Positions 1-14,300 of a stretch of 64,000 nucleotides of DNA are shown one piece after another. Position 1 is the first letter of the stretch. The number at the start of each line of letters is the position of its first letter. The stretch comes from Hypanus sabinus (lineage: Eukaryota). The stretch lies in NCBI RefSeq assembly GCF_030144855.1, contig NC_082722.1, forward strand, positions 44,454,001 through 44,518,000, read 5' to 3'. The notes beneath the pieces were generated by a model that was not told the origin of the DNA, ran no database searches, and saw only the letters and a program-made list of their open reading frames with translations. The position numbers were made by a program, and so were the translations under genes.

Positions 1-2660
1 GTAAATCTACAGAGATTTATTGGATCTATTGATAAGATAGATCTATAGAGTCTCTCAAAAGCAGAGGTGGAGGAGTATGCCTCATGATGAACTCTTCTTG
101 GTGCACAAATATATCAGTGCTGTCCCAACTCTGCTCACCAGACCTGGAATATCTAGCAGTAAAGTGACATCCTTTTTTACCTACCATGGGAGTTCTCTGG
201 GGTCATTCTGGGAGCAGTTTACATTCCATCTCAGGCCAATGTCAAGCAGGCTTTAGATGATCTGAGCAATGGGATCAACATGCACGAAACAGCGCACCCT
301 AATGCTTTCACCGTCATTTTGGGAGATTTTAACAAGGCCAGGCTAAAAAAATCACTAAGTAAATACCATCAACAGATCACTTACAATACCAGAGGAAACA
401 ACACACTGGACCATTGTTACACCATCAAGAAAGCCTACCATGCTATTCCACATCCTCACTTCGGGAAGTCTGATCACCTGGCTGTACTTCTACTCCCTGA
501 GTACAGGCAGAGACTGAAGACAGCAGAACCAGTAGTGAGGACCAAGAAAGTTTGGATAAGGGAAGCACAGGAGCACCTACAGGGCTGCTTTGAATTGGTG
601 GACTGGACTGTATTCAGGGATTCATCTTAGAACCTGGATGAGTATGCTGCAGTTGTTGCCGACTTCATTAAAACCTGTGTGGATGAGTGTGTCCACAAAG
701 ACTTACTTTACATTCTCAAACCAAAACCCTTGTATCAACCAGGAGGTACGTCGTCTGCTGAAGGCCAGATCTGTGGCATTCAAGTCTGGCAATCCAGGCC
801 TGTACCAGAAAACCAGGTATAATTTGTGGAGGGCTATTTCAAAGGTGAAGAGACAATTTTGAAAAAGGTTGGAGGTGATATCAGATGCACAGCAACTCTG
901 GCAGTGTCTGCAAGACATTACTTCCTACAAAGTGAAAGCCAGTTGTATGGATGGCAGTGATGAGTTCATCTGGCAGTGAAGCAACACCTTCTATACCTGC
1001 TTTGAAAGGGAGAACACAACTACAGCTGAGAATATCCCTGCTACACCTGATGACCCTGTGATCTCTGTCTCAGAGGCTGATGTTAGACTGTCTTTAAAGA
1101 GAGTGAACCCTCAGAAGGCAGAAGGTCCCAATGTAGTACCTGGTAAGGCTCTGAAAACCTGTGCCAGCCAACTAGCAGGAGTATTCAAGGACATTTTCAA
1201 CTTCTCACTGCTATGGGCAGAAGTTCCCACTTGCTTCAAAAAGGCAACATTTATGCCAGTGCCTAAGAGGAATAATGTGGGCTGCCTTAATGACTATCTC
1301 CCGGTAGCACTCACATCAACAGTGATGAAATGTTTCAAGAGGTTGATTATGACTAGACTGAATTCCTGCCTCAACAAGGACCAGGACCTATTGCAATTTG
1401 CCTATCGCCACAATAGGTCAATGGCAGATGCAATCCCAATGGCTCTCCACATGGCTTTAGACCACCTAGACAACACTAACACCTATGTAAGAATGCTGTT
1501 CATTGTCTATAGCTCAGCATTTATTACCATCATTCCCACAATCCTCATTGAGAAGATGCAGAACCTGGGCCTCTGTACCTTGCTCTGCAATTGGATCCTC
1601 GACTTCCTACCTGGAAGACCACAATCACCACGGATTGGTGATAACATATTCTCCTTGCTGACGATCAATACTAGCACACCTCAGGGGTGTGTGCTTAGTC
1701 CACAGCTCTACTCTCTATAAACACATGACTGTGTGGCTAGTCATATCTCAGATACCATTTATAAATTTGCTGGAGATACAACCATTGTTGGTAGAATCTC
1801 AGGTGGTGACGAGAGGGTGTACAGGAGTGAGATATGCCAACCAGTGAAATGGTGCTGCAGCAACAACCTGGCACTTAATGTCAGAAAGATTATGGACTTC
1901 AGGAAGAATAAGATGAAGGAACGAATACCAATCCGCTTAGAGGGATCAGAAGTGGAGAGAGTGAGCAATTTCAAGTTCCTGGGGGTCAAGATCTCTGAGG
2001 ATCTAACCTGGTCCCAACGTACTGATGTAGTTATAAAGAATGCATGAAAGCAGCTATCCTTAGGAGTTTGAAGAGGTTTGGCATATCAACAAATACACTC
2101 AAAAACTTCTATAGTTGTATCGTGGATACCATTCTGACAGGCTGCATCACTGTCTGGTATGGAGGGGCTACTGCACAGGATTGAAAGATACTGGAGAAGG
2201 TTGTAAATCTAGTCAGCTCCATCTTGGGCACTAGCCTAGTAAGTACCCAGGGCATCTTTAGGGAGTGGTGTCTCAGAAAGGCAGCGTCCATTATTAAAGA
2301 CCTCCAGCACCCATGGCAAGCCCTTTTCTCACTGTTACCATCAGGTAGTGGGTACAGAAGCCTGAAGGCACACACCCAGCCATTCAGGAACAGCTTCTTC
2401 CTCTCTGCCATCCGATTCCTAAATGGACATTGAAGCTTTGGACACTACCTCACTTTATTTTAATATATGGTATTTCTGTTTTTGTATGTTTTTTAATCCA
2501 TTCAATATATGTAATTTATTTATTTGTTTATTTATTTATTATTATTATGTTTTATTTTATTATTTTTTTCTCTTTGCTAGATTATGTATTGCATTGAACT
2601 GCTGCTGCTAAGTTAACAAATTTCATGTCACATGCCAGGATAATAAACCTGATTCTGATA
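1..2660 (+). mobile_element. Degenerate Rex1/Babar-clade LINE (endonuclease + RT, frameshifted)
   Basis: APE motifs GDFN, TLDHCY and SDH (280-630). RT motifs LPVALTSTVMKCF, QFAYR and PQGCVLSP (1058-1720). Rex1-type C-terminus FRNSFFLSAIRFLN. Tail ataaacctgattctga near 2645-2660. Confidence 0.9.
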
Positions 2661-2689
2661 AGCTTGAGTTTTCCGATCTATCCTTGAAC

Positions 2690-3640
2690 ACTGCTGTGGC
2701 TCCATCCAGTAACTTCCTTAATGTATTGTTTCAGCCAATTACGCATCTGCAATGCTGGGCTTCACATGCAAGCCCAATGTGGTTTGTTAGTTGGTGCATT
2801 TCACTGTTACAAATGTCATTCCCACAGGAAGCTATATTTTCTCTAGAATAAAGTCTTAGTTGAATATCTGAAGGCTTCAGTTCAGTCTCTTTGAAATCCG
2901 TTCAAAATAATTTTGTGGACAGTCTCTTCATGATCTGATTATTTTTTTCATCAACAGCATGCAGATGAGTGCTCCTTTTGAATCTGAAGCTTGACTTCTT
3001 ATCATTTTCTTTTCCCTGTGCAGTCCATGTATTTTTGTCTGCCCAACTCATGTCCTACTTGCTGCATTCTCTACTAGTTTCACCTTACATCTGCATTGAT
3101 CTAGTGAATGTGAGCCCCTGCCACAATGTTAACACAATTTGTTTGACCAGGCCGGTTTCTGTTTAGATGTTGCAATTTTGTTCATGCTCACCTTCATTCC
3201 TGAGTGCAACTCAATTTCATCTCTGGTTGATACAGCAATTTCAACTGCTCTTTTAAATGTGAGTTGTGCTCCAGTTAGGAACCATTACAGAATGCTTTCT
3301 TGTAAGATCCCACAAACTAAGCAATCTCTCAGTTCATCATTAAACCCATCACGGAACTAGAAGTACTCAGTCAATCTTTTCAATTCAGCTGAAAAGGACC
3401 ACCCTTCCTTTTGATTCTGCTTATGAAACCTAAAGTGTTCTGCAATCAACAATGGTTTTGGTTCTAAATGTTCCAACATTACTTTCATGATATCAGCAAA
3501 GCTAATTTCAGCTTTCAAGTTTCTAAGCAATTTTTATGCCTTTCCACCTATTGCAGTCAGTAACAATTCACTGAGCATACATCACCCAGTTATCTCTTGT
3601 GCAAACAAGGGCGTCTACCTTTCCGAGGTAGTCAGCCATT
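2690..3640 (-). mobile_element. Degenerate Gypsy gag/protease fragment
   Basis: Minus strand reads MADYLGKVDA...EHLEPKPLLIAEHFRFHKQNQKEG...LRDCLVCGI, a typical vertebrate Gypsy Gag, with stops and frameshifts. Confidence 0.75.
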
Positions 3641-4539
3641 TCTGCTTTTTTCAAAGATTTAAAGTGCCTTTATCATCAAAGTATATCTAAGTCATATACC
3701 TTGAGATTTGTTAGCTCACATACAACCACAAAGCAAGAAGCCCAAACGAACCCGATTTTAAAAAAAGAATGACCAACACCCAGTGCGCACAGAAAGAGGA
3801 AAAAACACAAATCATGCAAACAATAGAAGTGAGCAACAACAACAGCATTCTGAACCAAATTGAGTCTTTAGATCCGACTCCCGGAGCAGCCGGTGTAGGC
3901 CCCAGCCTTGGTCTCAGTTTATCATATAGCAGAGCAAATCGCCACAAAGCACAACAGCCAGACTAGCTCACAGCCTTGGCGCCATAGAGAGAGGAATGAA
4001 CATCACAGCAGAGCGAGTGAAATCAGCCTGACCCTCACCTCTGGTCACAACACACAGGCATTTTAAACTTATTATTATTATTATTATCACCCAGTACACA
4101 TTGTTTATGAAGCTGCGAATTTCATCTCTTTTCTGCCTTTTTTTAAACTCAACTGTCTCTGTCTTTTTCCCAAGAAATCATGTGCTGCACTTTTCTTTTA
4201 ACTCGGATGTCTGCCTGTGCTTCCACAGTGAGGTAGTAATATTGAGATCATTTTAACACTTTCACTGCCACTGTTATGTGTTGTAACTCCAAAACAAAGT
4301 TATTTGAAAGAAAAACAGAGCCGGGAATAATGTGTCTACTTCATTCTTACTTTAGTAAGGCACACAAATATGATGTGGTGGCATAATGACATGAGTATTC
4401 ACGTATTTTTATGAATAACCTTTAATGAATTATGTAAACAAAAATGCTTGAACAAACAATATACTTACAATGTTATTCAAATATTACGGAAATATTAAAT
4501 ACACAATATCAGCATTTAATGATATTGGTGAGTAAACCA

Positions 4540-5557
4540 CCCTCATTGAGGCTCAGATCCCTGTCTATAACTGAATCTTGGACCTCTCAATGGAATGACC
4601 TTAGATAGTCTGACATCTCAAGCTCTGTCACACTAAGGACTGGTGCCCCCCAATGTGGTTCATGCTGCTGACTCATGATTGCACTGCCGGATCCAGCTCA
4701 AATGGTATCATCGAGTTCCTTGATGATACTACAGTTTGTTGGCCTCATCAGCAACAATGGTGAGTTGGCCGAGAGGAAGTTGAGAGTCTTGTCAAATGGC
4801 GTGAGAACAACAATCTGAGTCTCAATGTGGACAAGGAAAAGGGATGATTGTGGATTTCAGGAAGGCACAGGCCAACCAGTTTGCATTGCATATCAATGGC
4901 TCTGCGGTGGAGAGTGTGAAGAGCACAAAGTTCCATGATGTGCACATAATGGTCGATCTAACCTGGACCCACAACACAGTTCTTCACTAGTCAAAAAAAT
5001 ACAGTCGTGTCTACACTTTCTGAGGAGATTGAGGCTTGCAAGGCTCCCCGCCCCCATTCTTACAACTTTCTACAGGAGCACCATTGAGGGTGTCCTCTCT
5101 GACTGCATCACTGTGTGGTCTGGAGACAGTCCTACAGAGGATGGTAAAACCACTGAGAGGATCACCAGGATCTCCCGGATCTCCCTACCCGTTTATCGGG
5201 AGCATTGCAGACAAAGCACCACGATCTCTTTGACCCACTACAGTCAGGAAGGATGTACAGGAGCATCAGGACTGAGGCTGCCAGACTGGCTAATAGCTTC
5301 TTCCCTCAGACCGTGAGACTAATGAATACCCAGCCACCACCGAGGTCTTGTCACTAGGTCAGTGTGCTGGTTACTGTCTGCTGTTTATCTGTGCCGCATA
5401 TATTTTGTATTATATTCTATGAACTTATTTATGGCAATGTTTTGGTGTGTGTGTGTGTGTTAGAGAGTTAAGTTTTGTGGGTCCACTGTGGTCCGGAGGA
5501 GCATTGTTTTGTCTGGTTGTATTTATGTACGGTCAGATGACAATGAACTTGAACTTG
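4540..5557 (+). mobile_element. 5'-truncated Rex1-type LINE fragment
   Basis: RT C-terminal remnants (RLARLPAPILTTFYRSTIEGVLSDCITVW) and a gaacttgaacttg tail. Confidence 0.8.
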
Positions 5558-6139
5558 TTTGTATTTTTCTAATTTACATTATCCTGAGGAATAATCTGTA
5601 CCTGTGGCCATAATACATGGCAACCAGGCCTTAAGGCCCATTGATCTAACAGGACCCAAATGGCAAGATTATCTTGCAAAGAACGGTGTTGGTGGGGTGG
5701 GGGGGGGGGGGGGGTGGTGAAGGATAATGATGACGGAACACAACAGGTCAAGAACTATCCAGTACACATACTGTATGTGCTCAGTAAAACCCAACTGTAC
5801 CTCACAAAAGCTCCTGTAGACTTCTATATTACCATTAAATTGTCAGAGCCCTGGCCCCTGCTTTAATATTTAATGAAGAGTAAGTTACTGCCAATAAGTA
5901 TTGGGAAGACTATGCATTTTCAATCTCCTCTTAACCTCTGTTCCATAGTTTACAGCTGCATCCATTTCCTGACATACGTCTGAAATTCAGACTGACCGTA
6001 TTGTATTTAATCCTGAGATAAGTGTTTTTCTACATAAGGCTGTCAATGTTCTCTTCTAAAAATAATTCAACTCTACACTTTCTTTAAATCATCTGCTCCT
6101 GAAACCTTCAACCATATTCTTACAAATGGACATAACTAA

Positions 6140-7260
6140 TCCACAAGAACATAAAAATTGGAAGCAGGAGTCGACCATCTGGCACGTTGAACCTGCTCCG
6201 CCATTCAGTAAGAGCATGGCTGAACTGGCTGTGGACATAGTTTCACATGCCTGCCTTTTCTCCATATCTCTTAAACCTCTTGTTATGCAAAAATGTATCT
6301 AACTGTGTCTTAAATATATTTAATTTGGAAGCCTCTACTGCTTCCCTGGGCAGAGAATTCCAGATTCACTGCCTCTCTGAGAAAAGCAATTTTTCCTCAT
6401 CTCCATCATAAATCTATCCTGCTGAATCTTGAGGCTATGTCTCCTAGTTCAAGTCTCACTTATCACTACAGACAACTGTTTTGGTCTATCTTACCTATTC
6501 CTTACAAAATTTTATATGTTTTTATAAGATCGTCTCTCATTCTGAATTCCAGTGAATATACAGTAGTCCCAGGTGACTCAATCTCTCCTCACAGGCTAAA
6601 CTCCTCACCTCCAGAATCCACCTGGTAAGCCTCCTCTGCACCGCCTCAAAGCCAGCAAGGAGACCAGAACTGCATCTCGTACTCTAGATGTGGCTTCCTC
6701 ATTCCCCTGTACAGTTGCAGCATAACCTTCCTGCTCTTAATTTCAATCCCTCTGGCAGTGAAGGCCAATATTCCATTTGCCTTCTTTATAAACCTGTTGC
6801 ACCTGCAAAGCAATGTTTTGTGATTCATGCACAGGCCCTCCCAAGTCCCTATACAAAACAGCGTGCTTCCAAACTGCATGAACTCACGTTTACTAATGTT
6901 GTACTCCATCTGCCAGAACCTTGCCCACTCACTTAACCTATCAATATCTCTGCACAGACTCTCCATATCCTCTGCACCATTTGCTTTTCCACTCATTTTA
7001 ATGTCAGCAGCTAATTTAAATATGCTACACTTGGTCCCTTCTTCCAAATTGTTAATGTATATCGTGATCAGCAATAGGACAGCACTAAGGCCTGTGGCAT
7101 TCCACTCACCACTGACTGCCAACTGAAGAAATACACATTTATCCCAACTCTCTATCCATGATAATACATTACCCCCAACTCCAGCATCTTCATCTTGAAG
7201 GTATGCAGCACTTTATTGAACACTTTCTGAAAATCCAAGTGTACAACATGCACCTGCTCC
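6140..7260 (-). mobile_element. CR1 LINE 3' fragment
   Basis: ORF 6646-7122 contains IYINNL, KKANGILAF and RKPHLEYEMQFWSP, which are CR1 RT/C-terminal motifs. Confidence 0.85.
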
Positions 7261-8099
7261 TCACTATCCACTACACTTATTCTATCCTCAAAGAACTCCA
7301 ATGTTTATCAAATTTGTAACAAAAGGAGATGAAGCTATATTTCTATAAAGTTTGGTATTCTCTTGCCAAAGCTGTAATTTAAGTATCTTGGTACAGGATA
7401 GGGTTTTTATTACCCTGTGGAATAGTATTGTTTCTGATTTTGATGACCATGGGAGTATCCTCAATAGAACACAAATATTCCTTGCAGTCATATACTGGAT
7501 CTATTGCACAAGAACTTAAGTAGAGGAGCAAGAGTTGGCCACCAGTATCCTAATGGCTGATCAATGCTGCACTTAACCCCTCTTGCCAGTTCCCTATAAA
7601 TGACAATTTCTCCAACTTGCAAATATTTATATTTTCACACCTTAAACATACTTAATGATCTGGTCTCTGCTGCCACAGTGGCGGGGATTTACTACACTTG
7701 GAGAAGATATTTCTACACACTTCAGATTTGAATGACTAGCCCCTTAATTTTGTAACTACAGGTCGGGACTGTCCCACTTGTGATAACTTCAGCATTTCCT
7801 TAAAAATGAACGGTAATTTAGCAAAAGAGTGTTATCTCTCTGGAAGTTTTACAATACTGCTCACTTTCTCCAGGAGGGTGACTGTAGTTGGCTCAGGTAG
7901 CAGAAAAAGTACCAGGTAGATATTTAAACACTTTACGTTATTCCCTTTCTAGAGAGGGGCAGAGACATCAGTGTTGGGGTTTGACTGGCTTATTTGCGCA
8001 ATGTTATTCCAGGGTACAACAATGCCAGGAATTAATAGAAAGTGCTAATAAGAAGATGCTTTGATCGGGTTAAAGCAATGTAGTCTTGCTTTGAGACAG

Positions 8100-8303
8100 C
8101 AGATCGATGCCATCACTGTTCCGGCTGCAGTGCCCGTCAGGAACAGCATTTGGAACATTGTCCGCTTGCACCGCGGTTGCCAGGAAGTCCCCATGGTTAC
8201 AGAGCCGGATCTGCCCCCGGTTCGGTGATCCGGTTGGCGCCCGTCCTGACGTCATTTTTATGCGTCGGGTTGGCCATCATGGCGACCTCCTCTGCGATAA
8301 AGG
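8100..8303 (+). promoter_or_regulatory. CpG-rich POP4 promoter / first exon with CRE, ETS-like and X-box-like motifs
   Basis: Local CpG enrichment. TGACGTCA at 8247-8254, CAGGAAGT at 8181-8188, GTCCCCATGGTTAC (RFX X-box-like) at 8187-8200, all just upstream of the ATG at 8279. Confidence 0.6.
8279..8303 (+). CDS. POP4: POP4 exon 1 (MATSSAIKG)
   Basis: ATG within the CpG-rich region, then a GTAAGT donor at 8304; phase 1 matches exon 2. Confidence 0.85.
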
Positions 8304-11300
8304 GTAAGTGTTTTCTTTTTCCTATTGCTGCGTGCGTAAATACTGTGCTTCCTTCACCCGCAACAGTGCAAGGCTCAGGTCACTGCACCAGATTCATAAA
8401 GGCATGGCGCATGGGAATAGGATATACAGCCCACGCTCTCTGCGATACCTACTGGTCATCGGTCCCAGCCTGGTACTGCATGAAATGGAAAATGAAGCTG
8501 GTTCTGTCGCTGTCCTTTACATTATTACAAAGTAATTGGCCATACAGGGATCCCACAAATTTCTCAGGTTTAGATGGTCCAAATTAAACACGAGCATGTT
8601 ATTTTTTCTCTGTTTCCATCATTATTAATTGCTTTCGTATTCTAAAATGTGTACGTACGGATACGGCTTCAGTGTGTACGGTGCTGTTACCAGGCTTGCC
8701 TCTCAATTCATCGATTTATGTACTTGCCAATTGCCTATCTGAAAACCTGAGGTGTGTGGGTTGAGAAATCACTCGTTGAGCCTTTTTAACCAGTTTTAAA
8801 TGTCAATTATAAATTTGACCATGACACTGTTCATCTGTAGAACGTTCTAGATTAGATGAAATAGTACTTCACTTTCTGAATTTAAGCTATTGTAAACCTC
8901 TGGGTCGCCTCAGGCTTGCTCAGCTCGTTCTCGTTTAGGGGGAGCAGCCTTCGGCCCCGCCATACTGGGTAATCAGCTGGTGTGGATGCTGTGTGATGTC
9001 CCCGCCTCGCCCAAAAACAACAGTACACCATACGCGATTAAATGAGTACAATTTATAAAGGTTACTATAACTAAGTGATTATTAACGATACAGTATATAT
9101 GAAGAAAAAAATAAAGAAAAGGCGCCAAACTTATCAAAGTCCAAACCACTTAGTACACAACCGTTGGAGCTCAATTACTGAAGTCTTCTGGCCACCATTC
9201 GATCCCCTCCGAACTCCTCGACTCGCAGCTTAGGACCATCCGAAGTGGTCAACCAAGCACATCTAGCTTCATCTCCTCTCCTCGGAGTACCTCCTGGCCT
9301 TGGACCCCCGCTTGGGGTCTGTTCCTCACCCAGCTTACAGCATCGCGTCCTCTCTCTCTCAACCCCTCGCGCCGATCTCCCCAAAAGCCCGCCAACGATA
9401 GCTTACAGACTCAGAAGAAAGAACAACATTAATCCCAATTGGTTTACAAAGGAATACAATTCTCGTTATCAGTAAATTTACACTACTTTGTGTAAACCCC
9501 CTTTACACTACTTTGGTAGCAAAATATTTTGATACATGTGAGCTTTTTTGTGCGCAACTAGTGTGCAATTTGGAGTACGCCGGTGAATATTGGCAGTTTC
9601 AATGGTAATTATAAATTTGATACACTTGGAAAAGAGAAATGTGCAAGGAAATGGTGAATCAGAAGAGGGAGAAAGGACTGGCAAAATAACCAGAATCAAA
9701 TGGATGGAATAGACTACAATATGTGCTGTGTGCTGATATACCTGTAGGAGAGCTTAGCTATTCTCAGTGACCAAGTTAAGGGAACGTTAAGCTTTGTCAT
9801 CGTATACTTACGATCAATGCTCATCAAATTCAAATACCCTCTGAGCAAATAGTCACATCTATTGTCTAGTTAGCACAGATTCATAACTACAGGGGAATCT
9901 GACTTCTGGGAGTAAAAACAAGTGTAAAATTGGAAGCTGTCCACCACTGGGGATTTTGAAGTTTGGGTGCTGCTATGTGCTTTTTCTGCTCACATTACAT
10001 TTCGGCAGATATTAGACCATAAGACATGAGAAGATTTACATCTTCTCCTTTATTTCCACTCTTTGCCTCCTGCCAGTCAGCCAATTTTCTGTCCACGCTG
10101 ATATCTCCTTGCGATACCATGGGTTTTTATTCAGCAGCCTCATGTGCTGCATCTTATCAAAGTACACAACCTCCACCAATTCTTTTTTTGTCTTAACTGC
10201 TTGTTATTTCTTCAAAGAATTCCAACAGATTTGTCAGGCAAGATTTCCTCTAAAAAGAAATCATGCTGACTTTGGCACCTTATCAAGCACCTTCAAAAAC
10301 TTGGAAATTTCATCCTTAATAATGGACTCCAAACACTGAAGTCAGGCTAACTGGCCTGTCTCCCTCCTTGTTCTATATATCTCATAAATGTCACATTTTT
10401 ACTCCTTCCCCTCAGTGTAAAGAAACTGCTTTTCAATTCTCTTAAATCTCTCCCCTCTGATTTTGTATCCAAGCCATCTAGTTATGGATTCCCAGCCCTG
10501 GGGAAAAAGGAATGACTGTCCACCATATCTATACCACTCATGATTTTATGAACTTCTGTGAAGTCACCTCTCATTCTCCTGTGCTGTGAGGAGTAAAGGT
10601 CCAGTTGTGTGTTACTTCTCCGTATAAACCAGGTCCTCTCATCCAGGCAGGATCATCATTTATCTCTCCTACACCCTCTCCAGCTTGACAATATCTTCTC
10701 TCTTACAGGGTGATCATTACTAAACAATACTCCAAGTACATTCTCCCCAGTGGCTTATATAACTGCAATGTAATGTCCCTACTCCGAATCCTGATGCCCT
10801 AACTGAAGAAGGCCAGCATGCTAAATGCCTTCTTTTTGTGTTAAAAGATTATAAATTTTTTTGTTTTTGATGTGATGATTAATGCCAAATATGTTGTTGT
10901 ATAAGTAAGAGGGGTAGGCGTAATAAGCTGTAGCTTCAGCCTGCACCCTTTCAGTCTGATTTAAAAAATATCTATGCTTTTTGCTGTAATTTTGTCCTAT
11001 GAAATCACCGTTATGAAATCATCATTGTAAATGATGCTTTTTGTTACATTTGTACCAACCGAAATAAATTAATTTCCTTCTTTCCTTCCTTTTGACTACT
11101 TACAGCTGCTTTCAGTGGACTGTGTACTAGTTCTCCATGTCCCTCTGTTCCACAGCTTTTATCAGTACCCTGCCGTTTTTCTATACGTCCTACTTGGTTT
11201 CTATGTCCAAAATGCATCACCGCACACTTATCTAAATTGAAATGAATTTGCCATTCCTCAGCCCATTTCCCTGACTGATCAAGATCTCTTTATAATTCAT

Positions 11301-14300
11301 TGTAACCTGCTTCACTACCAACAAGACTTCTAGTTTACAATCATTAGCAAATTTGCTAGTTGAGCCATATACATTCTAAATAAATAATGAATAACGGCCA
11401 ACACTGAAGGGGTCCCTAGTAGCCACAGACCATCAGCCATTCTTCCTATCATCGAGCCAATTCTGAATACACCTCTCTCACAGCATACAGTGCATCCGTG
11501 GCCAACACAGACTGAGGATTGTGCTGAGGGCAGCCAACTAGCTTACGGTGCCACTATAACATGTGTACAGTTGACTAACTCTTACCTTACTGTACGTCTT
11601 TTGGAATGGGAGAGGAAACCCACATTGTCATGGGGAGAATGCTCAAATTTCTTACAGACAGCGCTGGAATTGAACCCCGGTTGATGATTGCTGATGCTGT
11701 AAAGCAGGGTTTCTCAACTGGGGTTCCACAAGAGATCGTGATTTTTTTTTAAAAAAGCATCGTTCTTTTAAACTATGTGCAACACTAGTGCTCACAGAGG
11801 CTGTCAGTGACCGAGCAGCCCCATTAGCAATCTCGTTAGAGTCTTTCAGCCCAGTATGGCAGTGCGGAGTAGGGCCGTGTTTATTTGCTTGAGTCCATCC
11901 TCAGTTTTTGATGCAGGATGGTTGAGGCTGTTGATAATTGCTGAGTGCTGTATTGTACGGATGGGAGGGATGGTAGACTGATAAGGAGCATGAAGTGCAT
12001 CTTTTGGGCATTGAGTTGACTCGCCCAACTTAGGCTGTGTCGTCAGCTTCCCTCCCAAATTACCTCCCCCAACTTTCCCTTACGTGCCACTGGCTGACTT
12101 ATTAGATCAAACAAATTCTACCAGTGTAGTAGAAAGTTGGAGGGAAATTTTCATTCTAAAGAAGGAATTTTTGCACTCCTTCACTCAGCTGCTGGCCTGC
12201 TGCTTTGCTGTTGTAAACGTTGCAAAAGATGGATTGTGTAGGTTAGAAGTAATGTGAAGTTTTCGTATTTTTTGCAGTTTTTGTTCAGTTATTTATTATG
12301 CCGTTGTTCCTATACAGTCTGCCTTTACAATGAAAGCCACTTATCAATGGGTTTGAGGTGGACTGGTGATCCAAGTTGTCCGATTCCTTTGTGCCTAGTC
12401 TGTGGCAGACAACTTACAAATCCAGGAATGGCTCCTGCATAATTGAAGCCACTCAACTACTATCACAGTCATATGACATGTGAAAGTGCTGATTGTTCTA
12501 AACAACTATTGGAATCTCAAAACAGAGTAAAACTTTTGTTAATAAAGTCACAGTCAGCAAAGAATCAGGATGCAAGTTATTTAGTAGCAGAACTTACTTC
12601 CCAGAAAAGGAAAAGTCACACAGGTACTGTTAGCATGTAAAATTATAGTGTGTAAAATGCTAGGGCAAGATGCAGTTTGAGAAATTGAAAAGATTTCATT
12701 CTCAAATGGTACAATAGGTCAACATATTGATGACATGTCACATGATGCTGAAAAGGTTTTGTGTGATAAATTGAAAAACAACAGCTTCTCTATCACCAGT
12801 AAATGTCCTGTTGTAGCATTTGTAAGATTTGTAAATGATGGGGAGATTCAAGAAAACTTTTTCTTGTTGCTAAGAGCTGCACAAAACAAGCAATGGCCAA
12901 GATATATTTAATGTTTGCTCTTCATATCTGGAAACAAAAGGTCTATCTTGGAGGAACTGTGTTGGCATCTGTACTGATGGTACCATGAGAGGTTTGGTTT
13001 CTCTTGTTTAAAAAAAGAAAATCCTGATGTTGTCACCACACACTGCTTCAACATTGCAAATAAATTTTCATGTTGTAAATAGCATTAATTAAAATCAATT
13101 TACAAAAATTTAAATTAAATCCACCAAACCTACCTCTAGAAAAATTAAATCCCATTTTGGCTTAAGCCAGTTCTTTAAGAAAAATTTATTACGTTTGCCT
13201 TATGAGCTTTTAACATTTTATGAAAGGGAAAGAACGAGATTAATGTCAAGAAAGGTTGGCTAAAAGTCAATTCTCTACTCGAAAGAGCATTGATCATTAT
13301 TTTTGGATTATTGCTGATCATGCTAACATAAAGTCAGCTGTAGACATAATATTTTTCATATGGGGTTCACTGGGACCTGACAATTATTTCAAAGGTTGTT
13401 CCAGGTCAAAACGGTTGAGAAAGGCTCTGTAAAGTGTTAGGCTAATCACTGAACTGTCGTGCTGCCCACTAAATAAAACCCTTTGGTCTATAGTAGTCCC
13501 CAAAAGGCAGGCACTTGGAAATTAAATAAAAAATTTTGTTTCCCTATAAGAAACCTTCAGTTAAAATGAACTCCCGTCCCTCCTATTCCCTTATCATTCC
13601 CCACTTTAGCTCTTGGTAGATTTCATAATTAGTGTTCAGTGGTTGGTAAGAAAGTAGCATGGTACAGCACTGGAACAGGCTCCTCAGGGCACAGTATTGT
13701 GCAAACCAATTGAGCTAATAGTTAACTGCCATGCTAAACTAATCTCTTCTGCCTACGCAATATCTGTATACCTCAGTCTCTGCAAATCCTTGTGTTTAAG
13801 GGCCTCTTAAACATCTCTAATGTATTCGTATCCACTTCCTGCCCTGACAGCACATTCCAGGAACCCACTACCATGTGTGTGTTTTTTTTCTTAACCCCTC
13901 TCATCTGAAATGTTGGCCCTCTAGTATGAGATATTTTGACTCTGAGGAGAAAGTATACTGGCTGTCTATTCTTTAAACTTCTATCAAGTCTCCCCCCTCA
14001 GCCATCAGCACTCCAGAGAAAGTAACCTAAATTTGTCCCAACTTCTCCTTCCAGGCAGAACTGTGGTAAACTTTTCCTGCACCCTCTCAAAAGTTCCAGA
14101 TCCTTCCTATATTTTTCCACTGAGGGTGTTTCTGGAGAGGGATTGTTGATAAGCTGAAACCTTATTTATAAATATACTCTGAAAGTATGTCCTCAAAAAC
14201 ACGGGTCTGTTTCATAATGAAAATTTTATCCCTGAAGAAAATTAATTAAAATGAGTATACAACAAGAGCTTAGTTCTCCTTGTGTAAAATGCCAGAAAGT

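Noticed and set aside
5686-5718. Long G run / G-quadruplex
   Set aside because: Simple homopolymer with no supporting context; similar C/G runs occur elsewhere in the window.
8150-8587. 145-aa ORF over the POP4 first exon
   Set aside because: It is read-through of the 5' region into intron 1; only 8279-8303 is supported by splice phase.
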